DNA of 64,000 nt from Podarcis cretensis (Eukaryota), in the NCBI GenBank assembly GCA_951804945.1, contig OX638160.1, forward strand, positions 37,510,001 through 37,574,000, read 5' to 3'. The notes below the pieces were generated by a model. The model did no database searches. It was given only the letters and a program-made list of their open reading frames with translations, and was not told the origin of the DNA. The position numbers and the translations under genes were made by a program. Shown here in pieces: positions 23,601 to 34,845 of the stretch (the stretch's first letter is position 1; each line of letters begins with the position of its first letter).

Positions 23601-25960
23601 GTGGGTGGGTGGAGGGTTGGCGGGTTAAGCACCAGCAAACAACCAGCCAGCTCTACAACCAGGTTGCGCTGGAACATGTGGGTCGGCAAAGCCTAGAGTC
23701 TCCTTAGTTGAGTTATGGAATGGACCGAAGGCTCTCAGAAGCCACCCAAAGGGCTGGTAGTTTGAGGTGAGGGGTGGGGAGACGAGCTTTTGTACAATGC
23801 GGAGACACAGATATCCTATTAATTTTTTAAACAACAACAACAACACCACAGTTATTGGTCCAAGAGAAATATAATGGCTGCATTAGTACAGTCGTTAGGC
23901 TGTTTTATGAGTTTGAACTGAAAATTAAAAAAAGACTGGAAGAGCTAAGGAAGACACAATAACTTAAGCCAAGTTAGATCGAAGGAGGGATTTCCCCCCC
24001 CCTACCACTTTCTGTCTCTCTTCCTTTAAAATCCCACTCGCTGAAGAGAATGATTTATCCACTCCTTATTTCCAGGAGGAACTAAAAAGGTACAACATTG
24101 TTAAGAAAGGGATGCTATTTTGTATGCTAATTAAAACGGGCTTTATATTTCTGACATGGGTAAATTGAGGTTTTGCGGGAAAGGGGCTGGCGGTGGCGGG
24201 GGGGGGGTGCGCGAAGAGGAAGGAAAAAGTGTAAAAGCTATCATGGGAGTCGGAAGGCTGCCTGCCTTTAAATATATAGCCGCAGATTGCATTTTGTAAA
24301 TCTCCACCCAAATTAATACAATCAGTGCGCACTTATTTAATATTAAAAGTGTCAGTTGTCAAGAATGTGACTGTGTGCCAAGGCAGTTTTCCCTCTGGAA
24401 AAATTTCCAAACAGGCGGCTTTCCATCAGGCGTTTTAAGAACTGCATCTCTGCGCCAAGAAAAGGTGTCAAACGACTACCGAAGTAATTTTTTATCTTCG
24501 CTTCGAAATTCTTTCAGGTTAAAAAGAGGGGGGAAGGGGGGAGAGGGCCTGAAGGGTAAAGAGTGAGCGACGATCGGGTTTGGGAGATTTATTTCCTTTA
24601 AAATTTGGACTTCGTTTGCACCTTAAGCCCATTTTTTTTTCCTGGCAGCTGGGATTCTGGTCTGGCTGAAATCCTGCTCACTGCTTTGCTGGTGACTACC
24701 TTCCTTCTTCTCTCTGATAGGGATGGGATTTATGTGCGGGCAACCGAGCGCAGGATCGCAGCCTGGCACCCCAGTGTTAAACGCGTCGGTCGGGAAGGAA
24801 GTCCTGCTGGTTTCAATAGAACATCCTTCCGCGCGAGAGTGGCTGGGACCACAGACGTATATGAATGCGTATTTACTTGGACGTAAATTCAGTTGAAGTC
24901 AAGGGCATCTCTCCCAAATCAACGTCTCCTAAGGAATGGGAGCAGAGCACAAGTCTTTTCAGGTCTCAGTGGGGCTCACATTCAAAATAAGGCCATTCCA
25001 AAGCCTAAGCTAGAGGATCCGGAGCATAAGAAAGTTATGAAATACTACAATCCTGCGCACACTTAACCTGAGACTTGAAGCCCTATTGAATTTAATGCGA
25101 CTCACTTCTGGGTTAGCAAGCCTAGCTCCAGGCTAGCAGACACGTATCTAGCATTTTCCGTCGTAGACTCCCGTCTGGCTCTAGTAGCCCATTATGTTGT
25201 GCGCGTAGCAACGAAATTTGGAGAGAGTGCATTGATCTGACTCCAGCAAAGTTGGATTTCTCCCTTCGAATAATTTAGGCTAGGCAATAATATGTTGAAG
25301 TCAAAGCGAGGCGCATGTCTGAACCTATGCTTCTTCTTTTCTTTTCAACGTGAGTTTGGCACACTATTTCAAACTAGGAGTCAGCAGCTGTTCGCGGAGG
25401 GATATCTGTTTGCATTTCTAAGTTACAACGTAAAATTATAATATAAAATTATATTGAAGCTCGGCCATGGTTCGTTCTCAGAGGCATTTTCTTTGCACAG
25501 ATTTGGGGTGGGATGGGGAATACTAGATATCCGAAGGAGACCTCGAAGTGGAAGACGCCTCTTTAAAGACCTTAGGCAATCGCAGCATATTATGAACTAG
25601 AGTCATTTCACCCTCTTCCCCCAAGCACACTATCCCAGCTTATTAGAAATCGAAGCGGGTGGGGAAGAGTGAATATAAGGAATCAGCTACAAGGAAGGTT
25701 GCTTTCTGACCTAGATCTACATCAAACTTAATTTTACCACTAGAGGATATCTGGAGACTAACCATTGTGGAAACCTGTTTATTGTTTATATTTTTGGATG
25801 AAATGAAAGAAAGAGAAGCAACCAAAACCAAAAAAGTATGCTTCTGAATACACGTATTTATTCATTTTTGCTGGTTTCTTTTTCTTTCTTCTTGTTGTTT
25901 AAATGAAGGGGGAAACCTCTCATTTGAGTTTGTTATGCTTAAATTTTTATCATTTTATGT

Positions 25961-26298
25961 GGACACCATGCTACTACTACAGAAGCACGAGGTAACTGGT
26001 GACGTGATCTGCTAATAAGACCTAAGAAATTGATTAAATAAATGCAAGAAAGTTCCTGGGCGGAACGTTCCCCTCCTATGAATCGGTTGCCTTTGTTTCC
26101 ATAAACACTGAAGGAAAGTTCCCTCGGAAAAGAGGACACCATGCTTCTACCACAGAAGCAGGAGCTGACTGGTGAAATGATTTGCTAATGAGACCTAAGA
26201 AACTGATTAAATAAATGCAAGAAAGTTCCTGGGCGGAACGTTTCCCTCCTATGAATCGGTTGCCTTTGTTTCCATAAACACTGAAGGAAAGTTCCCTC
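25961..26298. repeat. Direct tandem duplication, period 173 bp (165-bp units at 25961-26125 and 26134-26298)
   Basis: Manual alignment shows 11 mismatches in 165 bp and no indels. Confidence 0.95.
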
Positions 26299-26812
26299 CG
26301 TCTTCCCGCCTCGCCTCCTCCACCCCAACTTAATAACCGAGTAAAGCTTTAACACTGGACTTCAGAAATCATAGTTCAGTAGGGCGGTGGGTAGTCAAGA
26401 TAAGAGACTTTCTAACATAACACATGACTCGGACCAAAATATGCAAGCCGAAGAAGTTAATACCACAGGCAGACTGCTAGAATAAAGTTGGGCCTGTCTG
26501 AGTGGGGTAAAGTGGGGGGGGGGGATCGCATCGTGAGCTTCTGTAATCGTGAGCTTCTGTAATCTGTAATTTATCCCAAGGTCAGCTCGTCGACTGCTTA
26601 AGAAATCAGGACTGCTCCTCCTAACCTATCCTGGGTGCTGCACTGGTAACTCTACCGTTAGCATCTGATCCCAGGCGCTTTACGCGAAAGGAAGCTCAAG
26701 AATATCACCTCTGGATGTTGTATAATAGGCAGCAATCTAGAGAAAACTAGGTATCCCTCAATCCTATTTATGTAATTGGCCCGCTCAGAATAATCATAAC
26801 ACGAGATCCCTG

Positions 26813-27618
26813 GCCAGATGACTTCACAAATTTGTGGTCAGGAAAAATCCATGCCAAATTGCTGTCCTATGAGATCTCGCCCACTGAATTGCTCAAACTG
26901 GATCTAAATGTGGCAAAAGGTGTATAAATCAAAGGCTGGATGATGCGGAGCTATACCAAAATTTCGTAGCTGGTGGTGGAGCCTGCTCGCCGTTAAATTT
27001 CGGCATAACCCCTGTCTACCGCACTCCGTCCTACTTAACATTGCCTATGGCTGCGTCTCACCGATATGCCTTCATTAGAGCTAGGTTTAATGTCTTTCCA
27101 ACAAAGGTGCTGAGACATAGATTCACTAAGGGCCAAGTCCCTTCAATGTGTGCTTGTGAAATGAAAACATCTGAATCTCTACATCATGTTATGTTTATCT
27201 GGCCTTTGTACAGTTCAGTCCGTGCTAGCATACTAAACTCCATAATCCAGCCTATGGCTGACAAACCAGTAGAACTACAGCTTGCCTGGGTTCTTCAAGA
27301 TGTGGATCCTTACATTACCCTACAGGTTGCTAAATTCCTAACAGCCATCCTCTCGTACGGAATGGAATGTTAGCTGATTATTGATAGCTATAAGAATTTT
27401 TTATAACTACATCGGATATTGATTTTAGTGTAGTGCAAAAATTTTTTTTAATTTTAATCTTAATCTTTTCTTATGAATGGCCAATATTTGTCCTTGTGAG
27501 ATATGAATTGTGTTATACTATTTGTGGCTTGTACGAGTCTGCTGTTTTATTTGATTTGTTTTTGTTGTGTTGAGTTTCATGATGGGCGTAAAGCCGAATA
27601 AACATTTTGATGATGAAG
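26813..27618 (+). mobile_element. 5'-truncated, decayed non-LTR retrotransposon (RTE-X-like LINE 3' end) with 10-bp target-site duplication
   Basis: Remnant ORF RYAFIRARFNVFP...CAC...ESLHHVMFIWPLYSSVR resembles a degenerate C-terminal CCHC knuckle. An upstream frameshifted W..KI..KL...L...AK/QRL.D.E segment precedes it. The element ends in AATAAA plus a (TGA)n tail and is flanked by GAGATCCCTG at 26803-26812 and 27619-27628. Clade assignment is by resemblance only. Confidence 0.8.
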
Positions 27619-28597
27619 GAGATCCCTGCAAATTCGCTGCAGCAAGTATGCTGATGACCCTAGCTCCAAGTGTCCAGTTAAGTAAATTTCCTGTTATTGT
27701 ATACAAGGGTAAGGCCTTCCAGATTATGGCTCCGCTCTCAGAATATCTCTACAGCAAGTACACTGCAGATCAATAGAGACAGGATCAACAGAGATATTTT
27801 AAATTCAACCTCCACCCAGGAACTGGCTTTACAGATGAGATCCCTCCGAGGTGGGGGTGTTAAGCGAAAGGAGCTTTTACTCTACATCCAGCTCTATCGA
27901 TTTCCAGCTCCTTCTGCTTAGAGTGGAGGAGAGTGACGCTGCCTCGGAAGAAAAAGGCATTTAATAAATATCGCTGTAAACCAACCATAGGCGGGCGAAC
28001 TCGGCCAAACTGGAATGAGCAAACCACAGCTCAAGTCCAATAGCTGCCATTTTCAGCCTACGCCGCTATAGATCTAGTTGATAGAAGACACCTAGCGTCC
28101 TCCAGACAAACGTGGACATCCATAATCCTGTATTCCCAGGGATGCAGCTTTTATAAGAAAGCAGCCGTCTTGGCCTACCTACGCTTGTTTCACCACCGCG
28201 TGAACTGCTTGGCAGACCTTCAACCTGAAAACCTTTTCTCCACTCGTTTCGAGGAGTTGCTCTCTAAACTTAGCAAGCCTTCAAATAATACTTTCCACAG
28301 CCAACCTTTTAATGACTGGCTTTCCGAAAAGACACCACACCCCTGGAGTTCCACTTCCAAAAAGAAATAAAAATAAACGTGAAAGGATTTAATCGAGAGC
28401 AAGTAGACCTAGAGGTCACCCCAGCTGCACCTTGATAAGAGCTGCTTCCTCTTTAATCAACCAAACTTAGCCTCAAAGGAAATACTCACCCTCTGGAAGC
28501 CCGGAGTAGTCAGCCTTGAGAGTGTGTGTGAGAGAGAAGCTCCTGGCTCAACCATTGTGGTTCTCCGTGAAGGAGTGAGCAATCGGCTTCACCTTAC

Positions 28598-28760
28598 CTT
28601 TGCAAATCTGAGCGTGGAAAGTCAAATAATATAATGTGCAGCTCCTAGAACGCAAGGGGAACAAAGGCCAAGATTTCAACCCCCCCTTCCTCTCCCCCTC
28701 TTCTCCCACTGCGGCTTTGACATTGATCTGAAGAACGCCATCTTGTGGCAACAGCGTTCC
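28598..28760 (-). other. HOXA10: Candidate alternative upstream first exon of HOXA10 (short-isoform exon); 5' end uncertain
   Basis: Strong donor AAG|GTAAGG at 28598/28597, preceded by CAG ATT TGC AAA G (Q-I-C-K-G). This parallels the M-C-Q-G start I recall for the mammalian short HOXA10 isoform. Phase 1, compatible with exon 2. Confidence 0.5.
28733..28751 (-). promoter_or_regulatory. Probable CTCF site (A10|A11), overlapping a YY1-like AAGATGGCG
   Basis: Minus strand TTGCCACAAGATGGCGTTC, in the same orientation as the 3158 site. Confidence 0.65.
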
Positions 28761-30143
28761 TCCGCAGAGCTGACCTGCCAGCCGGTTTCCAAATGCCCCG
28801 CGTTAAACGAACGGATGCTAGCGCAGACAATTGCCCTCCGCAGATCTACCCTCCACAGCTCAGAGATGGCTGAAACAAACCTCCGCCTCGTTTATAGCCC
28901 AGCTTTCCCAGTATGCAAATAGAAGAGGGGAGGAAAGTCGAGGGCACTTTTATAGCTGCATTGTCCCGGCAACACATATGGGATGTCCCCCCCACCTTTT
29001 TTTAACTGGGCCAGGAAATCACCAGCAGCCTCTCCACAAAACTGGAGAAACTCCATGACTCAACCTAGAGATGAATAACCAGTTAATTTTTAACTAGCAA
29101 AGGAAGTTGCTGCCTGAACATTTATTGCCACCCGCCTATTCCTCTCCCTGTCTTCTCCCTCTCTTTCTCTTCTCTCCATCTATCTTTCTATCTCTCCCTT
29201 TTAAGAGTTGCATTCCTTTGTAGCATGCTAGCCAAATAAACAAACAAGCAAGTGAGCTCCATTCTCTCTCTCCTCTCTCCCCCTGCGCTTCATCTTTGTA
29301 CATTTCCTTTGACCAGACGCTGTCTGGCTTAGGTGGGGGTTGTCAGCAAAAGCCCAGAGCCAGTTAGCCCTTCACCTCAAGGTTATGGGTGATGTCCAAA
29401 GCAATACAGAAGTTCAAAGCCAATAAACAATAGGAGAAAACAGTATGTACTTTCTCTCCTGATTAAGTGTAAGAGAGGAAAATCAACCTCATGCCACATC
29501 CTCAAAAAGGTCTTCGGTGGGTTTTTTTTTTTAATTTTTAATTTCCACCCCCGCTCGAGAGATTAAGAACGAAAACCACACACAGCCCATCTGGGCCTCA
29601 CTCGCAGGAGGAATGCCTCCCCGTCCTCTTTCCCTAGGAGTCACCACAGAGGAACCAACACGTTTCAACCAATATGCTTCATTCTGCCTCACTATCATTG
29701 ACGTTTTGGGGATCAGATCCTGCCACAAACATTTCTTGGCACTTAAAGGGGTGTGTTCACAAATATGGCGCCCGAGATAAACAAGAGCGGACGAGCCCAG
29801 AAAAAATCACCAGCTTTTCTAAAAGGTTTTACACCTGTGAGCAAATGTATAAAGCTTGTAATCTGCAGTGACTGGAAGGAGTGATCGTCCACCCCCTCCC
29901 ACTTCTACAAACCGGTGAAACCTGGCCTCAGGCTCGCTGCCGTCTGCCTACGCATTCATAAATACCAGACATGTTGCACTGCATTATCCTGAAGGACCAG
30001 AAGCAATAGGTGAATGGAATTTCCATGAAAGCATCCCATTCAGGAGCCATGATTCAAACTCTCAGAGCCCAGATCAAGGAATATCCATGAATACAACACA
30101 AGGATTAAAAAAAATATTATTATTATTATAAATTTCCCACATG

Positions 30144-30149
30144 TTTATT
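30144..30149 (-). terminator. Candidate HOXA11 polyadenylation signal
   Basis: AATAAA on the minus strand at the end of an AU-rich 3' UTR-like block about 1.8 kb after the stop codon. Confidence 0.45.
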
Positions 30150-31955
30150 TTCGTTGTGCGCCGTACCACTGTATACATGCCACGAAAGACCTTCGCATAG
30201 TAAAAGAAACCGTATTTACATATATGACGATACATATCTTCAAACAGTGTTGGAATATAAAGGTATTGCGTTTTGTGAACCGTGTAAAAGAAATCGTGTC
30301 CCTTTTCGAAGCTGGTGGTTTTTACAACATTCTAGTCACCTTATCTTTCTTGCACAGAATTTTTTTTTAAAAAAAGGACAAACTCGACATTTTCCAAGGA
30401 AAAGGACCGTTAAAAAAACATATACCAACCAAAACGTATCATTTAAAAATGTACAAGTCTTGTAAAACACCATTCTCGTATGAAATATACATTCAGATAT
30501 TCTCGACAGCAAGCGACTTTTACAATAAAACACAATATCCTTTGTAAACTGATATAGACTTTTAAATAGTTCTTTCTTTTAAAATTCGTTGTTCTCTCTC
30601 TCTATTTCTCACTCTCGCTTTGGTTCCTGCAGGGAAATATACTTCTTTTATATATATTTAAAATAACTCCAGGGAACTCTCTGTTCTTTGATTCTGCCGC
30701 CTGAGCGATTAAGTAGGGCTTTCGACACTCAATAGTGAACAAAAAGATCTGAAAACCAATCCACCATATTTACATTGTTTGCCTTCTGCTTGGGCTTCTA
30801 AGGGAAAGAAAACGCTAGTTATTTTAATGATCTGATCTCAGTGCATTGCACACATCCAGGGTCCAATTAAGTGTTGTGTGGTATTTGCCAAACTGTCCTT
30901 CTCCACAGGTATTTCCTGAAGAAAGTTTGTGAGACAGAAGCCAGAAGCTTCCTTTTACGGTTTCCCCCTTTGGAGCTATTAGATTAGTCTTTCTTTCTCC
31001 CTCTCTTTCCACCCCACCGTGCACTTTTATTTATTCGTTTGGTTTTTAATTTTCTTTAAGCATTTAAATAAGAACACAATGATTTGTCTCCAAAGGGATG
31101 GCCACTTTTCGACAGTTGTTGTTCATTTTTTGTTGGGGGTTTTATAAACGAGAGCTAATGCACGTGGCTATGTGTTTGACTCTTCAGTGATTGTTTCCTT
31201 ACCATATATGGCGAATTAATACCTGAAATGTTTTCAAAAGGAGACTGTCAAACCTTCCACGCCATAACTCCCTATCAACAGCACGGTTAGACTCAACACT
31301 ACTACACCTCTACAAACATTTATGATGGGCCTTGCAACTGCTTAAATTTTTTGAACTTGGTCAAGAGGGTAACCGCTCTTGCGGAAGAAGGTTTGTCATT
31401 TTAAGGGTCGAGGAGGGGAAGGTGATGGGACCGCGGCTGTGCATTTAGAGGTTGTGGGGACTCCTGTAGGTTTTCTTTTGCAGTAGTCCATCAGGCTCCG
31501 GTGTAGCCATGGGTAGCCTTTCAAGCAATGTTCCACAGTAAAACCAAAGTAACATAGTTTTAGACCGACACGAATCCAATAACTCACTCCCCGCTTTTTC
31601 ACGTGTGAACCCGCGTTGGGATGAGTTGCAGTGTCTATAGGTAAGAGGTATAAAATTGCCCTCGGAGCAAAATATGGGGGTGGCGTGTTTGGAAATGCGG
31701 GTCCAGGTGTAAACCGTTTCCAGTTGATATGTCAAGAGCTTTAAGAAGAACTTTTTTAGGGGGGTGGGAAAAGTAGCGGGAAACCCCAGTTGGTTTACAT
31801 TTTTATGGGGAAGAAAAAAAAATATTAGTGTGGTGTTTTTTTCCCAACGTCCTCCGTCACTTTGCACACCTCCTTCTCATAGGTAACCCTGTGGCTTGAC
31901 CTTGTCATGGGCGAGATCTGAATTTAATCTCATCTTGAAAAACGCTACGAGTTTT

Positions 31956-32188
31956 TTAAAGTAGTGGATTAGCTGAGTAATATTGTAATCGGTCCCTGTT
32001 AATTTTTTTCTCTTTCATTCTTCTGTTTTGAAACCATATTTTTACTTGACGGTCGGTCAAGTTGAGCATTCGGGAGAGCTGGAGGCGTTTCTCTTTGTTT
32101 ATATAGACACTGAAGAAGAATTCCCTCTCTAATTCTCTAATCTGATATTTGGTGTAGGGGCATCTCTTTTTACGGGTGCGTTGTCCAC
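31956..32188 (-). CDS. HOXA11: Homeobox protein Hox-A11, exon 2 (homeodomain); absent from the ORF track
   Basis: Manual translation gives [77 protein letters not shown]. Acceptor CACAG| with AG at 32190-32189; TAA at 31958-31956. Confidence 0.97.
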
Positions 32189-33669
32189 CTGTGGAATGAC
32201 AAAAAATAAAAGGCAGAAGCCATTAAGTCTGGGATCAGATAGGGCTGGGGGGCGACTGCAATTCATATTTAATAAAGGGACATTCTTGGGTTGAACCATT
32301 GAGAAAAGGCCTGGTTTATTAGCTACATAAAGTTGACGCTCCGTTCAGTTCTGCAGCTGTATTAGCCTGACCTTTATTTGAGGAACATATTTGCATGTAA
32401 CATTCCAAAATCCCAACATCTTCACTTCGAAGCATCACTTCAGGCAGTACACCTGAGGCGCTATGCTATGAAATTAAAACCCACAGAGTCCAAACTACTG
32501 ACTCCCTAGTCAGCAGAATCTGCAGTGCACAAGATCTAGATGGACATCGCACAAGCAGTCTCCGAATAATACAATGCTTGGCGCGGGAAGGTTAAGAAGG
32601 CTCATAGCAGACTCTGTAACCTAACCCAGCTGTGACACTGTTCTTGCAACCTAGTTTTGCAACTCAGTTTTAAGAGAGGACATAGAGAGCTCCATCGCTT
32701 GTTTCACCCCTGAAGGACATTATGACACCAGGATCTGAGAAGCCAGATGGGCTCCTGTACATTGACCGAGGTTTTTTGTTTTTTTTAATCTTAAACTTGG
32801 TTTTGCTTTTGTGTGCAGCTTCCTTTTGTTTAAAAATAACAAAACAGTACCCCAGCGCCTAGGACAGCCACTAGTTCATTACATCTTATCACTCGTATCT
32901 GGGGTGTGTGTGTTTTAAAATTAACCCCTATGCTATATTCTCTCAAGTCCTTTCGCTCCTTCATAGCCACACTGGGGTTAATGTTCATGGCCCCCCTCCT
33001 TTAAAGTTTAAATGCTTTTTACATTAAATATTGGTCCTATATTTCCTTGCAAACACACATACACACAACAGATCCCCATTTGCTGTTACAGCTCATTACA
33101 AGGCTATTTTCCTAGGCTTTTGAAGGTGAGGGGGTGATGAGCAAGAAAAATCTACATTAAAAAAATAAAACCAGGCAGTGACAGGTTGAATAGCAATTGT
33201 AAGTAGCAAACTGTTGGGCAGAAGGCAACACATACTTGCCACAGTGTCTTATGAAAATGGCTTCCTTTAGACAAAAAAAGGCCAGCTTTAGGTTAATCTG
33301 TTGCTTTAACTATATTGCTACAGTGCAGGCAGCTAGTTTTTCTGCTAAACACTATTCCCGGGCAATCGTTAAAAAACTGGGATGGCTTTGAATCCAAGTT
33401 TCTAACTAGGCTTCTGGGGAAACACATGGCTTTTATAAAAAAAAATTCAAAAAAGAGAGAGAAAAATAATCACAGGATTACATGGATATCAAAGGACTCA
33501 GAAATCCCCTTTTGGGTACATTTACAGGCGCAAAACGTGCGTTATTATATTTTCAAGAGTTTGACCACAGAGCCTTTCTCTCCCCAACATCCTCTCTCTC
33601 TCTCTTTATTCTTTTTTTATGATTTAAGGGGGGGGGGGCTTTTTCTTTTTTCCCTTTTTTTGTTTTAAA

Positions 33670-33830
33670 AAGGCATCCATTGGCCGGTGGGTATTTCACG
33701 GCCAATTTCAGTCCCCGCCACGTGATCTCTCCTTTTATAACAAAGTTTTGTTGGGGGAAATCTACAGGCCCTTCCATAAACCTTATATGCTTATAAAACA
33801 GCATATAAAAATTTAACAGCGGCGGTGCGC
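33670..33830. promoter_or_regulatory. HOXA11 intronic element rich in posterior-Hox/Cdx motifs
   Basis: TTTTATAAC, CCATAAA, CTTATAAAA and CATATAAAAA occur within about 90 bp, with CCAAT boxes (33679, 33702) and CACGTG (33719). Confidence 0.6.
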
Positions 33831-33884
33831 TAAGATTTCCAAGTCCGCTTCATAAAAGCGCCAGGGCGCTGCCTTTATACGTAC

Positions 33885-34662
33885 TGGAGCTGCTGGATTT
33901 CTCCTCATTGTTGCCGGAAGACGAAGCCGGGCTGCTGCTGCTCTCCGTCCGCCGCCGCCGCTCCTTCTCCTCCGCAGCCGAGGCCGCGGCGCTGGCTGCA
34001 GCCGCCGCCGCCGCTGATGCCGCGTCCCTGGCGCAGCTCCCGTCCGAACTTGACGTTGCGCCCACGGCAGCGGCGGCGGCGGCCGGCCCGGGAGCGGCTC
34101 CCCCTCCCGGGGGCATCTTCTCCCCGTTCTTCTCGCCTGCATAGTCCGAGTGGCTGTCGGCCGTGCCATAAGCCGTCTCGAAGAACTGGTCGAAAGCCTG
34201 CGGGAGCACCCCGTTCCTGCCCACGGTGCTATAGAAATTGGACGAGACGCTGGCGGCGGCGGCGGCGGTGGCTGTCGTAGCCGGGTGGTGGCCGTGATAG
34301 ACGGCGGCGGTGTTTTTCCCGAACATCTCGCTCATGCTGGCGGCAGCGGCGGCGGCGGCGGCCGTGTTGGCTGCGGCGGGCAGGCAGTCTCTGTGCATGA
34401 TCTCCTCGGCCGAGTAGCAATGCGGGAGGTTGTTCCTGTGGTGCCATTTACTAGCCGGATCAATGGCATACTCGCGAAAGGTGACTTCCCGCACGGGTTG
34501 GACCTGGGGTAGGTTGGAGGAGTAGGAGTATGTCATGGGGCGAGAAGACGGGGTCTGGGGCAGGAAAGAAGGGAGGCTGGAGAAATCAGGACCCGACACG
34601 TAGTACGTGCAACTTGGCAAATACATATTAGACGAGCAAGGGACACGCTCATCAAAATCCAT
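33885..34662 (-). CDS. HOXA11: Homeobox protein Hox-A11, exon 1
   Basis: Encodes [67 protein letters not shown]...[20 protein letters not shown]. Donor TCC A|GTACGT at 33885/33884. 778+233 nt gives 336 aa. In-frame ATGs also lie at 34665 and 34689. Confidence 0.96.
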
Positions 34663-34734
34663 CATTAGGCTACCTCGGGCTCTCCGCATTAGCCGAGCTT
34701 AACATGATTCTCTAATGCAGCTGCCTCTTTGAAG

Positions 34735-34845
34735 CAGATCCGTGAAGTAAGAAATTTGGAGACGTAAAGCTGACGTGGAAATCTATCCCCATCCTTAGCA
34801 GGGAGGCGCTGGTCACGTGACCAAATGTTGAAATTGACAAGCTGC
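34735..34845 (-). promoter_or_regulatory. HOXA11 proximal promoter
   Basis: Perfect 14-bp palindrome TGGTCACGTGACCA (34810-34823, USF/TFE-type E-box) and a TGACGT CRE-like site about 110-160 bp upstream of the ATG. Confidence 0.65.

Noticed and set aside
11223-26298. CRISPR-like appearance of the palindromic repeats and the tandem duplication
   Set aside because: Vertebrate DNA with no regular repeat-spacer periodicity and no cas genes.
26530-26570. 16-bp tandem duplication ATCGTGAGCTTCTGTA x2
   Set aside because: Ordinary local slippage with no evident function.
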